Source: Eledone cirrhosa (Eukaryota). From it: a DNA stretch of 64,000 nucleotides. Numbering within the stretch: position 1 is the first letter of the stretch; every line of letters begins with the position of its first letter. Of the stretch, positions 1 to 16,032 are shown piece by piece. The stretch lies in contig OZ024742.1 in NCBI GenBank assembly GCA_964016885.1, positions 2,728,001 to 2,792,000 of the forward strand, given 5' to 3'. The notes under the pieces were generated by a model, which saw only the letters and a list, made by a program, of their open reading frames with translations, was not told the DNA's origin and did no database searches. The translations under genes were made by a program, and so were the position numbers.

Positions 1-407
1 TTGGTCTTGTATAACATTATGGCCAGCAACACATTACAGTTTTTGTTACTGTTTGTCTTGTATAACATTATGGCGCAGCAACACATTACAGTTTTTGTTA
101 CTGTTTGTCTCGTATAACATTATGGCCAGCGACACATTACAGTTTTTGTTACTGTTTGTCTTGTATAACATTATGGCCAGCAACACATTACAGTTTTTGT
201 TACTGTTTGTCTTGTATAACATTATGGCCAGCAACACATTACAGTTTTTGTTACTGTTGGTCTTGTATAACATTATGGCCAGCAACACATTACAGTTTTT
301 GTTACTGTTGGTCTTGTATAACATTATGGCCAGTGACACATTACAGTTTTGTTACTGTTTGTCTTGTATAACATTATGACCAGCGACACATTACAGTTTT
401 TGTTACT
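1..407. repeat. Minisatellite, 51-bp unit, ~8 copies (runs off the window start)
   Basis: Unit ttggtcttgtataacattatggccagcaacacattacagtttttgttactg repeated with few substitutions; explains the repetitive ORFs at 46-379. Confidence 0.95.
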
Positions 408-1003
408 CAGTTTTATGTTATGTTAGAAGGTATCTGACCAGTAGTATTGAAAACGAAGTCATAACTGCGAAGAGATGTTTTTAATTACAAATCCCTGACT
501 GCACCCATATGACCGCAGAAACATCTTAGCATAAATTTTACGGACATCTCTTGGCTTAGAACTTGACACTTCGTGGTCACAACATATCTTTGTGTTTCCG
601 CCAGTTGTATAGCCAGACCTATCCAGGCCTGGGTGTAGCAAAGACCCTTTTGACACAACCATCTTAATAAACAGCTATGATAGACCTGAAGATGATTTGT
701 GCCTCCTGATACCAGTTGCTAAGCGGTGAGTTCCGCTCGCATTCCCTTTCTCCCCGTCTCTGATGTTAGACACAATGAATCCTAGTTAAATACAGGCGTG
801 CAGTGGAAGATATATAACATGTATTTAACATTAATGCTACATAGAACACGACATTGGTAAATGCAGTGTATAATTGGAAACAGTTAAAACATCATGATGA
901 TGATGATGATCAACATCATTATCACCATCATCATTATCATCAGCGAAGCAATGTTGTGTAAAACATTTACAGTTCCAATACATTAACAACGAACAAATAA
1001 CCT

Positions 1004-2310
<1,307 letters not shown>

Positions 2311-4028
2311 GCTTCGTTAAGTTTAAAGTGAAATCTTGTTTTCTTTTCATTTCTCATTCATATTTAAATTTCTTTAATGGAAACTTGTAAATGAATAATA
2401 ATTATTGTTAATAAAATTCTAAATTGCTGCCTGAACTCCTCCTACATGAAAGTATGTGAGGCCATCAACCATAAAACATCCAATGGACCGAATAAGAGCA
2501 AGAAATATGAAAATCACTGACTTAACTTTCGTTTATTGATCTCTGATATTGTTTCATGTTTGGTAGACTAGTCTGCCTGGTTAAGAAGTTCGCTAAAGAA
2601 ACATATCGTTATAGGTTCAAGTACTTGGAAAAGTGTCTTGTACTATACATAGTCTTGGGTAGACATAGACGGTAAGCCCTTCACCTATGTATCTCTCTCT
2701 GTCTCTGCCTCTCTTTCTCTCTCTTTCTCCCTTTCTCTCTATCTCTATCTCTCTTTCTCTCTCTCTCATTTACTTGGTTAGTGTCTTGTACTACATAGCC
2801 ATGTGTACACACAAACTGTAAGCCTTTCATGTACGTCTCTCTCTCTCTCGCTCTCTCTCTCACTCTCTCCCTCTCTCTCTCGGGAAAGTGTCTTCTACTA
2901 TACACAATCGTAAATACATATATTTAAGTTTATTAATATTTAGTTTACCATAGTACAGAGACTTAATTACGTTTCAATAAATGTGTAGAACAAGAATGAT
3001 ATCTCTCTTAATATCTTGATTAATAAAGTCATATCATTAACGCTATTTTCCAGAGCAATGTGTGATGTGGTTGAAATGTAAAGTGGTATGTTTCATAATA
3101 TCGAGAAGATACAGCATGGCCACAGATGTCATTTACCACAATATATTGCCATAGACCCGTGCCTCGTCAGTTAAATTGTATAAACGGAAACTGTTTTGAA
3201 GCACATACCATAGACTGTATCTGTCACATACTGTGTCATCCTGAGAACAAAGTTAATGCTACACGTGTCTCTTCACTTCTCCGTCAGTTGAACGTCAATT
3301 CCACAAGCAGCCATCATCGAACAACTGGAACACACATCGCCGAAAGCGACAGAAACCCATTCCATTCTAATTGATCTGCTCCTTTAGTATTTCGGCCTCG
3401 AAACCTATCGTCAATTCTTAATAACATAACTACTTCCATAGCAACCGTCGTACAGATAATAATGATGTCTTAATTAGAGTTGTTAGCGAAATTAACGTTA
3501 CAGTTCCCCCTCAATTCTCTTTCGAATCCGTGTTTGTAATATGACCAACGAAATACTTACACTGAAGCGAAAGAATGTAGATAAATGAAATCAATAAACT
3601 CAATTACAAAGATTTATTTTATACGTTTAATGCCTCATGGGGTTGGTGCATCCAAAGTAGAAGTATTTCACTCAAGCGATGCTCAATGAGTTATTTGACA
3701 TTACGAGAACAAAAGGAAGTATAAGAGGCCATCTTAACAGAAAATTATTACTTATAGTACACAAGGAAATACAATTAGTTGAAATCCTTATAAAACTTAG
3801 CTAAAAGCTTCTTTTATCCAATATTAAGTAATGTAACATATTATGATTGTTGTGAGATTAACGTTGTGAGATTACTGCTCGGAGATTATGAAATGATCTC
3901 ATGTATAGACATAGATATGGCATAGTAGATCACTTTAAACCACGTGGTTTCCAATTGAGTCTAAGTGCCACCTGGTTAATCAATAACTGCTGAATAAAAG
4001 TTTGGTAGTTTGATTGACAGAAACTATG

Positions 4029-4066
<38 letters not shown>

Positions 4067-4363
4067 CAAAATCCCGACCGCGGCGCCGCCAAGTATGTTA
4101 TTTGAAAGCTACAACAATACAGAATAGACAGTAGATTTCGGAATAAATTGAAGACAACAAAGATGTTAGTGTGTTCCTTGTTATTTCATTTACCTGTCTT
4201 AATATTTTGGGTCTAAAAATCCTTCTTCCGAAGACTATAATGAGAAACTGGCTCGAAGATTTGGTGTTATCAGCTCATCATTATATAATATATGTCTGTA
4301 AGTCTGCATGTGTGTGAGAGAGTGAGTGCATATGTATATACACATGTATATATATATATAAAC

Positions 4364-4404
<41 letters not shown>

Positions 4405-4448
4405 CAAGAAAACGAAAAATCAGTGATGCATCTGGACTTAGTTTATTT

Positions 4449-4539
4449 CGTGTTACAAATGTTTCGCCGGCATGTAGCTCGAGTCATGGTCCTTGTATGG
4501 ATCTGGCTGATTCTACTTCTGCGGGTTCTTTCAGACACG
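4449..4539 (-). ncRNA. Hammerhead-like motif, long stem II, core CUGAAAGA
   Basis: cgtgt-ctgaaaga-[~60-nt hairpin]-gaaa-catttg-ta-acacg on the minus strand. Confidence 0.55.
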
Positions 4540-4605
4540 TCTGTTATGTCCGGAGCAAATTTTATCACTTTTATCAGGGATAAAATTTGCTCCGGACATA
4601 ACAGA

Positions 4606-4696
4606 CGTGTCTGAAAGAACCCACAGAAGTAAAATCAGCCAGATCCATACAAGGACGATGACTCGAGCTACATGCCGGCGAAACATTTGTAACACG
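4606..4696 (+). ncRNA. Hammerhead-like motif, long stem II, core CUGAAAGA
   Basis: Stem I cgtgt/acacg, CUGAAAGA, GAAA at 4680-4683, stem III aca/tgt, GUA site. Confidence 0.55.
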
Positions 4697-4823
4697 CAAT
4701 AAACTAAGTCCAGATGCATCACTGATTTTTCGTTTTCTTAATAATATATACACTCTACTCTGATGAATATCGAGTGCTAATTTTGGCATACCGCTTACGG
4801 AAACACCTTAGCTACCACTATAC

Positions 4824-4885
<62 letters not shown>

Positions 4886-4895
4886 ACTATAAATT

Positions 4896-5477
4896 ATGTC
4901 CATAGAATCATTTGATAAGATATATACTATATATATATATATAGACCCCAGACCCAATAGACAGACACCCACTAGAAACTTAAATATAAGCAGGTGCTTC
5001 TTTAAAATCCCCCACCTGAGTGAATATACCACGAACGCCATCCGCAGGGCCATACGGACGGAGGGACTTGACATACATTTGGCCCACACAGGACCTTCGC
5101 TGCGAAGATGCCTCTCCAACAAACCCGACGAGTCAGATGGGACGTGCTCCCTCAGCAACTGCCCGATACGGGGGGCAGATTGCCTACGCACCTATGTCGT
5201 ATATAAGATTCAATGCGATAAATGTAACAAGTTTTACATAGGTAGCACCATCCGACCCCTACATGTTCGTATCAAGGAACATATCAACACCAACGCATCT
5301 TCCTTCCGTAAACACATCCTTAAATGCGGAAACCCACAGGGTAGACCCTTGGTCACAGTCCTAGCGACTGAACGCAGCATCGGATCCTTAAGGATAAAGG
5401 AAGCACTTGTTATTAAGAACCTCAGACCCCCACTTAACAACCGGGCTGAGAGAAATGAGCTGACATGGCTAATTTAA
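4896..5477 (+). pseudogene. Penelope-like GIY-YIG endonuclease, 3' fragment of a 5'-truncated element (3' UTR to ~6130)
   Basis: VVYKIQCDKCNKFYIGSTIRPLHVRIKEH...EALVIK...PPLN; Cys-rich linker upstream; ORF start lies in (TA)n and is artefactual. Confidence 0.85.
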
Positions 5478-6180
5478 CCATAGTGACCATTCACAGCCCT
5501 TACGGCCTTATATTTTCACACACACGCACGTATATGCATACCCATACGCATACATACACACATCTATATTTATACACGCACACATGTTTTACAACCTACC
5601 ACCTTTCACACCCTTTGATTTCCAGCTTCTACAGCCCACTATCTTTCACACACACACACACTCACACATATACACACTTACACATATACACACACAGTTA
5701 CACACACATATATATTTACACACACATATTTTACGGCTTTCACACGCTAGCGCACCCTCTTGATTTAACCTATTTGGTCAGTAGCTTTTGCCACAGCCTA
5801 TCACGCGCACGCGCATTCTTTCCCTCATTTAAATTTTCTCCCCATAACGGCATTCCTGTTTTAACGACATCACAACTTTCTCCAGCTTAGCCTGTTCCCC
5901 CCCTTTTTGGAACTTTCCCCCGTTGATGGGCGTGAGCCCGAAATATTGGGATTAAATCTCCACTACGGTAACCCTTCTACCTTTGTTTTGTTTTCATTTG
6001 TCTCTCTCAACTTTCACTTTCTCCTTTTTCACGTTTTTTATCATTCACTTCCTACCTCGAGATTTCCCTCTGCATTGTTGTGGCTTTCTAAACTACGTAT
6101 TTTACACATTTCACAATGCTTCAAGCAAACTTTAACACCCTCTTATATATATATAAATATATATATATATATGTATATGC

Positions 6181-6281
<101 letters not shown>

Positions 6282-6860
6282 ATACACATAGATACATTCA
6301 TTCATACATATATACAGATACATACAAACAGTGAAATATAATTCAGCCAGGATAAAGACGTAATTGTTGTTTACGGCAGCCATCTTTGTAAAGAACTTAA
6401 TCGTTTCAGGAATTTATTTTATGATTAATTCTATTTCTAAGACAAATGATTATGTTGGTACACCCACATTAGAGTGCAGCCATATTGAATACTCTATCAG
6501 AGAGATTTATTATCTGTCAAATAGTTTAAAGACTTGTCACATGATCGATTCGTTCCTTCGTTGATTCAATTAATCGGGTTAATCGACGGCAAGCAGATGA
6601 AACGTGCAGCATATTTGGAAGAATTCTCAAATATTATAACTCTCGGTAAAAAACAAATCCAAGGAAAAATATGGCAGAAAAATACAAATTTTTGTCACGT
6701 AATAGGTTAATGATATTTTCAAATGTCAACACTTCAAATTTTGTATATATATATATGTATGAATGAAGTAATTCCGTCGGAAAAGTCCAGGAAAAAAGAG
6801 TGCTCTATGTAGGTAACAGAGCTTAATAGTTATGTAATAAACAACATAGGGCAATTATTC

Positions 6861-6914
6861 CATTCACCAGTGGTTTCTTAAAAGCAAAAGATTTTGCTTT
6901 CAATCATCAGAATG
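6861..6914 (-). ncRNA. Type I hammerhead ribozyme (GUG at cleavage site, likely inactive)
   Basis: catt-ctgatga-ttgaaagcaaaa..ttttgcttttaa-gaaa-ccactgg-tg-aatg. Confidence 0.75.
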
Positions 6915-7069
6915 AAAAAATCCTGGTCTGTTTCTTGAATTTGGATTTTAAAAAACAAAAATGCAATCTATATGAAAGTGAGGCTGAAGGAAGAAAGAAA
7001 GGAAAAATAAAATAAAACCACACATGCAAGCACACACACAAACACGCACACACACACACACAAAAGCAT

Positions 7070-7150
<81 letters not shown>

Positions 7151-7398
7151 CACTCATACATACACACACACACATATACACACATATATGTGTATATAAA
7201 TACACACATACACATACGTATACACATATATACATACGCACATAAATATCAACACATCCATACATACACATACATATATACAACCACACACACATATATA
7301 CACACATACATACATATAGAAACATAAATATATATATATATACATATAAATCAGAAAGAAGGTTTACATGGTTTGCTATACAAAAAAGTTTTTAATCA

Positions 7399-7511
7399 CA
7401 TAGCTTACATTTGTTTCACTGAACTGGTATGTCTAGAGATCGCTATCCGCTTAATTTTGCGTTACTCGATCGCCAATACAGAATTATAACCAGTCAGATC
7501 TTCGGATCATG
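7399..7511 (-). ncRNA. Hammerhead-like motif, ~80-nt stem II, core CCGAAGA
   Basis: ccgaaga-t-ctgactggt...accagttcag-t-gaaa-caaatg-ta; stem I weak. Confidence 0.45.
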
Positions 7512-7641
7512 CGAGAATGAAGAAAATACACAGGCAAGAAAAGAAAAGAAAATACAGGCTACTATATGAAGTAGTAATGGCATTCAATTAGAACAATAAC
7601 AACAATTACAACAATGCTATCAATAAATTATTTCGAGCCTG

Positions 7642-8007
7642 GTGTACATGTGCACTGTCATCTCGGGTAACTCCACCTGGAATTACATAGGATCCACCGC
7701 GGGTTCTTTTAAGAAAAGATGGTATGTGCACAGGCACTCAATGAAAAACCGTGCACTTATGGGTTCCACCACCCTCGCCAGAAAAATATGGGAATTGAAG
7801 GACAGCAACACTAACTACAGTATCAACTGGTCGAAGTTGTCGGCTGCTAAAACCTATAGTACAGGGATGTCCTATTGCGAGCTGTGTGATCTTGAGCTAT
7901 TGTATATCCTTAGAAATGTTAAAAGGCTACTTAACAATATGTTAGAAAGATCTATCTTCTGCAGACATAGAATAGCCACTAAATTCATGAGATTCAAACC
8001 TCCGTGA
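7642..8007 (+). pseudogene. Penelope-like GIY-YIG endonuclease fragment
   Basis: VYMCTV..NYIGST..FKKRWYVH..STTLARKIWELKD..CELCDLE; parallels the endonuclease at 11559-12232. Confidence 0.8.
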
Positions 8008-8326
8008 ATCGAACCAACATAACATAGCTTTAAATTAGGATACTACTACCCACAGAAATATATTCATTAAGTATACTATATCCTTCACAAGTCTATACCA
8101 CACAATTGTCTGTAAGTACCTCAGCTACCAACAATCTTACTCCTTCTCAGCTGCTGCCATCATTTGATCCTAAATCCTAGTTTTTCTCATCTCACTACTA
8201 CAATGTTACTTTACCTTCTTTTTGCCATAATTACAATTAGCACGCTTTTCTCTTTGCATGTATGTATATTTTTGTACGAGTGTATATTGATGTGTATGTA
8301 TGTGTCTATGTACACATGCATGTGTA

Positions 8327-8441
<115 letters not shown>

Positions 8442-8823
8442 AAATATATGCGTATATTAATTCGTTAACCTCTGTATTAACTCTACAAATATTTAGCTTT
8501 GACAGTGGTCCCACTCATGTATACTGTTGAAGATGAAGAGAAAGACTGTAAAAACTAGCTTATCTTTATAATTTAAAATTGATATACACTACGATACTTT
8601 GTACATGTCAACGCTTCATTTTGCCTTATGACAGCTAGTTTTACACGCCGTAACATTAGATACATTATATACCCCCACCTAAGTAATGTCAGGGTCTCCT
8701 TAAATAATTTATTGATAGCATTGTTGTAATTGTTGTTATTGTTCTAATTGAATGCCATTACTACTTCATATAGTAGCCTGTATTTTATTTTATTTTCTTG
8801 CCTGTGTATTTTCTTCATTCTCG

Positions 8824-8936
8824 CATGCACCGAAGATCTGACTGGTTATAATTCAGTATTGGCGATCGAGTAACGCAAAATTAAGCGGATAGCGATCTCT
8901 AGACATACCACTTCAGTGAAACAAATGTAAGCTATG
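8824..8936 (+). ncRNA. Hammerhead-like motif, ~80-nt stem II, core CCGAAGA
   Basis: Mirror of 7399-7511; GAAA at 8918-8921, GUA site at 8927-8929. Confidence 0.45.
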
Positions 8937-9187
8937 TGATTAAAAACTTTTTTGTATAGCAAACCATGTAAACCTTCTTTCCTGATTTATTATTACTCCA
9001 AGTGTTTACAACATAGGAATTACGGCATACCCGCAGCATCACTATGAAAACGCCTTGTTGAGTCAAACCAAGCCAAGCGTTAATATCATCCACTACCTGG
9101 AATACCATAACTGGACTTCACCTAAGTGGACTTCATTTAAATATTATTTGTTAATCCGTATATATATACATATATATATATATACAT

Positions 9188-9218
<31 letters not shown>

Positions 9219-9612
9219 TATGTACAAGCATACACATACACAAACATAGCCATACACACATACATATACATACATACATGCACACAATCATACATATATA
9301 CACACGTACAATACATACACATACATAAATGCACTCCTCTACATATTCACACACGCAAAAAAATATAAGAAAAAATATATATAAAAAAATAAATTTGACA
9401 GCGATACAAACGGCGGGTAGCTGAACAGACACGCGTGGTAAGTAATACACACAAATGCACGTATACATACGTACGAAATAGTGAATACATACACACACTC
9501 TCACACATAAATATACATATACAAATACATAAACACATACATACACATACAGAAATACATGCACAAACACGCACACACACACGTATACAATTATACACAC
9601 ACATATACACAG

Positions 9613-9657
<45 letters not shown>

Positions 9658-9934
9658 TAAAAATACACACACACATATATATGTATACATACACACACAC
9701 ATATACATACATAGCTAGACAATTATACACATACAAATACGTACTTATCATAAACGCGCACAACCAAATACAAACACACACACACACATACATATATATA
9801 TATACACATACATACATACACACATACATGTGTGTATGTATAAAACTCATTCTTAGATAATTCATATGAACCTTACATATACATATATATAGTAGTAAAG
9901 TAATAAAGTAATAAGCAACATAAGGCAATTATTC

Positions 9935-10003
9935 CATTCACCAGTGGTTTCTTAAAAGCAAAAAAAAAAAAAAAAAAAAATGTTGCCTTCAATCTTCAGA
10001 ATG
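9935..10003 (-). ncRNA. Type I hammerhead ribozyme, poly-U expanded loop II, GUG site
   Basis: catt-ctgaaga-ttgaaggcaa(poly-T loop)ttgcttttaa-gaaa-ccactgg-tg-aatg. Confidence 0.7.
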
Positions 10004-10034
10004 AAAAAGAACTGGTCTATCTACATATACATAT

Positions 10035-11357
<1,323 letters not shown>

Positions 11358-11558
11358 TACACATAAATATACATACACATACACATAGGTATGTGAAGGG
11401 CAAGGAAAAAAGAATATATGGGGGGCGGGAAGACATAGGAAAAGGTGAAATATAAGGGGAGATAAGGGAGAAAAAAGTATATACAAGAGTACAGAACGTA
11501 GATTCAGCAAAATAAAAAAAAACCGTAGCAGAAGTAAAGATCAGAGCAGGAAAGGAGT

Positions 11559-13692
11559 TCAAGGCGGTTGATTTATCATAGGAGTGTCAATCCAGTTACA
11601 GATCAGATGCGATTTCAGATGAGGACAGCATCTGAAGATCTCAGTCACTGAGTTAAGGCAAGCGGAAGTGGCTCTCAAGTTTAGCAAAATCCTATATTTT
11701 TCTGTGGTACACAAAAAACAATTCTTATGCCCCTTTGGTACTCCCTCGAATGGTTTAATATAGACCAGTCCATAGAGCACGGGATGTTACTATCCTTGAA
11801 TCCCCACACCTTACTTGCGAGGGCCGTTGATGTTCGTTTATCGGAGTGCTTAAAAGAAGCGACATGTGAGTAAAATCTGGTTTTAAACCTGTCCTGGGTC
11901 ATACCGACATATCGCTCACTCCTGGCTGGCTGGTTGTTGATTACCGGTGTTATTTTAGCCTCATAAACAACAGATTTGGTGTTACATTTACCCTGCAATG
12001 GGCATTCATCCGGCTTCCTGCAACTGCATCCTGGATTTGTTCTCGTATGGTTTGAACTGGTGATTTTGGACTTCATAGATGGGCAACAAGAGTAGCTGAT
12101 CTTAACTATGTTCCTATTAAATATCTTATAATATCTATGATTAGCAGGAAAATGTTTGTCTAAGAGTTCAAGGAATTTCCTTCCTACATTAGTTTTGACA
12201 GTTAGAGAGAAGGGGGGTATGAACCAAATCATCTTCCTTTTCCTGTTATTGTGGTTAGTTTTAGGGGGGGGGGAGTAGGTAAATAAGAATTTTTTTCTGT
12301 AAAACCGCTGTTATTAAGGGATTTATTATAATAAGGGGCGGCTTTATTACAAATGTCTATAGACAAAGATAAGGTAGAAATCCTACGGCTAATGTTAGGA
12401 ATAAGATTATTAAAAACTATAGGGGGATGGCAAGACTCTTTGTGTATATACCTAAGATTTTCCTTAGGTTTATGATAGGGTTTAAAAGAGGCGGTAAGTA
12501 GATCAAGATTAATATCAAGAAATTTAGCATTAGTAAGGTTCGTATCTATAGTGATTTTAAGGTTAAGATTAGCAAAAGTATTGATTAAATCTTTACGGAA
12601 TTTATGAAGGTTATGGCCGTTGGTGGTATGAGAAACTGCTAATCCGTCATCACGGCATAAACCGATATTATGGGAAGGAAATTTCTCTTTGAGGGTGTGG
12701 AGAAGGAATAATCCTACTAAGTCACACACATCCGCACTGTCATATGAACCCATTGCAACATCAAAAGAGTTTTCAGGGTTTGACTTTTTAACCCAAATAT
12801 TATGATTAGTAAAGAGTAAAGTTTTTCTAGCATGAAAGATAACGTCTTCTTCTAATTTAGAAATATTAATGAAGGGTCTTGCAAAATCCAAGGCATTAGT
12901 TAATAAGGAAACAGTAATAGAGGGGTAAAAATCGACAATATCAAATTGGGTAAATCTACACTTATTTTTACCTTGTATATTATTAAACCAAGAAATAACA
13001 GAGGAAGTATTTAGCCACTGTGATAGGTCAGTGTTAGTTCTAATTTGGAGAATTATTTTTCTTAAGATTTTTTTACTTGCAAGGCCAACCTCGGATTTAG
13101 CCGGGTTAATCAGTCTACAACTAGGTCGATTAGTAAAGTCCAATTTATGGTCTTTAAGGGTAATATATTCTTTATGCTTAGCTAGGCTTTCAATACGGTT
13201 GTCTATTTTTAAAGAACTAGCTAGTTCTTTAGCTTCTTTATTGATAGTATTGTAAGTATTATTATTAGTTAATTGATATTTATTGGTAATACTATTAGTT
13301 AAAAGTTGGTTATACAAAGTGCTATTAACTTCAAAGAGATTTTTAGTTTTATCAGAAAGAACAAAAGTGTTTGTAGAATTTCTAAAATTAGAAATATCGT
13401 TAGATAGTTTAGTTTGAAAGTTATTATTGTACTTACGAAATTTGATATCACTAATTAGATTAACAAGGTCTAATTCAAAGTTGGTCATGTCCTTAATTCT
13501 AGGTGGATATTTACGGGATTTGATGTCAAAACAATCATTAGTATCATCACTGAATAGTCCATCGTAAACCATTGCCTTCCATCTCATTCTTTTAACGACT
13601 TGTTCGATTTTATCTATAAGCATTTTGGTATACGTTGTGTTGGAAGGAGTAGGTATAATTTTGATTGAATAATCCAATTCATAAAGATCCAT
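11559..13692 (-). pseudogene. Penelope-like RT + GIY-YIG polyprotein with two frameshifts
   Basis: FDIVDFYPSI, MGSYDSADVCDLVG, CRDDG (YRDD mutated), FLDINL; linker CSCRKPDEC (CxCx5C); VVYEA..RYVGMT..FKTRFYSH..CFLCTTEK. Confidence 0.9.
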
Positions 13693-13908
13693 AGTATATG
13701 TTGGTTAAATTCCTGAAAACTGTAGAGTGCTCAACTAATCGGACTGGAAAGTGCCAATCGTATATGTAATATAGAATATGCTTCAATCAATCCCGGTTGG
13801 AGCTGTATAAATGAAGTAATTCCGTAGTAAAAGTCCAGGAAAAAAGAGTGCTCTATGTAGGTATCAGAGCTTAATAGTTATGTAATAAAGAACATAAGGC
13901 AATTATTC

Positions 13909-13962
13909 CATTTACCAGTGGTTTCTTAAAAGCAAAATATTTTGCTTTCAATCCTCAGAATG
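13909..13962 (-). ncRNA. Type I hammerhead ribozyme in the 5' pLTR, intact GUA site
   Basis: catt-ctgagga-ttgaaagcaaaat/attttgcttttaa-gaaa-ccactgg-ta-aatg; ~220 nt upstream of the RT ATG. Confidence 0.85.
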
Positions 13963-14316
13963 AAAAAAACGAGTTGGCAGCCACCATGTATATATGTATA
14001 CTTGAGAGCCACTTCCGCTTGCCTTAACTCAAAGACTGAGATCTTCAGATGCTGTCCTCATCTGAAATCGCATCTGATCTGTAACTGGATTGACACTCCT
14101 ATGATAAATGAACCGCCTTGAACTCCTTTCCTGCTCTTTACTTCTGCTACGGTTTTTTTTATTTTGCTGAATCTACGTTCTGTACTCTTGTATATATTTT
14201 TTTCTCCCTTATCTCCCCTTATATTTCACCTTTTCCTATGTCTTCCCGCCCCCCATATATTCTTTTTTCCTTGCCCTTCACATACCTATGTGTATGTGTA
14301 TGTATATTTATGTGTA

Positions 14317-14380
<64 letters not shown>

Positions 14381-14478
14381 AATATACATACACATACACA
14401 TAGGTATGTGAAGGGCAAGGAAAAAAGAATATATAGTAGTAAAGTAATAAAGTAATAAGCAACATAAGGCAATTATTC

Positions 14479-14710
14479 CATTCACCAGTGGTTTCTTAAA
14501 AGCAAAAAAAAAAAAAAAAAAAAAAATGTTGCCTTCAATCTTCTGAAAGAAAAAAACCTGGTCTATCTACATATACATATACATATACATACGCACACAC
14601 ACATGTGTGTATGTATATGTATATGTAGATAGACCAGGTTTTTTTCTTTCAGAAGATTGAAGGCAACATTTTTTTTTTTTTTTTTGCTTTTAAGAAACCA
14701 CTGGTGAATG
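14479..14710. ncRNA. Two mirror-image decayed hammerheads (14479-14549 -, 14646-14710 +)
   Basis: Core mutated to CAGAAGA, GUG site; otherwise as 9935-10003. Confidence 0.6.
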
Positions 14711-14856
14711 GAATAATTGCCTTATGTTGCTTATTATTTTATTACTTTACTACTATATATATGTATATGTTATGTAAGGTTCATATGAATTATCTAAGAC
14801 TGAGTTTTACACACGCACACATGTATGTGTGTATGTATGTGTATATATATATATGT

Positions 14857-14990
14857 GTTAACGTATGTTGATGCCCTAAGGACAGACACTGGTCTGTTGG
14901 AGACGCAGGACATGGCAGCGATAATGAGGGACAGAGACCGCTGGAGAGAACTCGTCCATGGATCTCAGGAATTTTACCCGCCTTAGATAG
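14857..14990 (+). mobile_element. Short 3'-terminal fragment of an RTE-type LINE inserted in the pLTR
   Basis: Translates YVDALRTDTGLLETQDMAAIMRDRDRWRELV..stop; absent from the mirror arm at ~9800. Confidence 0.65.
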
Positions 14991-15120
14991 ATATGTATGC
15001 GTGTGTGTATGTTTGTATTTGGTTGTGCGTGTTTATGAAATGTACGTATTTGTATGTGTATAATTGTATAACTATGTATGTATATGTGTGTGTGTATGTA
15101 TACATATATATGTGTATGTG

Positions 15121-15189
<69 letters not shown>

Positions 15190-15774
15190 GTATAAATGTA
15201 TACGTGTGTGCGTGCATGTTTGTGCATGTATTTGTGTATGTGTATGTATGTGTTTATGTATTTGTATATGTATATTTATGTGTGAGAGTGTGTGTATGTA
15301 TTCACTATTTCGTACGTATGTATACGTGCATTTGTGTGTATTACTTACCACGCGTGTCTGTTCAGCTACCCGCCGTTTGTATCGCTGTCAAATTTATTTT
15401 TTTATATATATTTTTTCTTATATTTATTTGCGTGTGTGAATATGTAGAGGAGTGCATTTATGTATGTGTATGTATGTACGTGTGTATATATGTATGATTG
15501 TGTGCATGTATGTATGTATGTATATGTATGTGTGTATGACTATGTTTGTGTATGTGTATGCTTGTACATATATATATATATATATGTATATAAATATATA
15601 TATTTATGTGTCTATATGTATGTATGTGTGTATATATGTGTGTGTGGTTGTATATATGTATGTGTATGTATGGATGTGTTGATATTTATGTGCGTATGTA
15701 TATATGTGTATATGTATGTGTGTATTTATATACACATATATGTGTGAATATATGTGTGTGTGTATGTATGAGTG

Positions 15775-15821
<47 letters not shown>

Positions 15822-15978
15822 ATGTATGCTTTTGTGTGTGTGTGTTCGTGTTTGTGTGTGTGTTTGCATGTGTGGTTTTATTTTATTTTTCCTTTCCTTC
15901 TTCCTCCAGCCTTACTTTCATATAGATTGCATTTTTGTTTTTTAAAATCCAAATTCAATAAACAGACCAGGATTTTTT

Positions 15979-16032
15979 CATACTGAGGATTGAAAGCAAA
16001 ATCTTTTGCTTTTAAGAAACCACTGGTAAATG
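15979..16032 (+). ncRNA. Type I hammerhead ribozyme, GUA site
   Basis: cata-ctgagga-ttgaaagcaaaa tc ttttgcttttaa-gaaa-ccactgg-ta-aatg; mismatch at the first stem I pair. Confidence 0.75.

Larger units (their letters stand above)
4395..4750. repeat. Inverted repeat (~170-bp arms, ~12-bp loop), probable inverted Penelope pLTR remnant
   Basis: ~4395-4566 is the reverse complement of ~4579-4750; each arm holds an HHR-like motif. Confidence 0.9.

Noticed and set aside
46-379. Repetitive ORFs and CRISPR-like periodicity
   Set aside because: Pure 51-bp tandem repeat without unique spacers; 51 is divisible by 3, so open frames are expected
613-725. Possible host exon (tag|PDLSRPGCSKDPFDTTILINSYDRPEDDLCLLIPVAKR|gtgagt)
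   Set aside because: Good donor but weak acceptor, no recognisable homology and no partner exons; needs RNA-seq
4215-4262. ccgaaga...gaaactggctc hammerhead-like string
   Set aside because: No stem II pairing and misregistered stem I
4760-4815. ctgatga...gaaac hammerhead-like string
   Set aside because: Stems I and III cannot form
5916-5952. Decayed HHR (ccgttga-t-gggc gtga gccc-gaaa) in the Penelope 3' UTR
   Set aside because: Position is plausible but there are two core mismatches and no stem III; not counted
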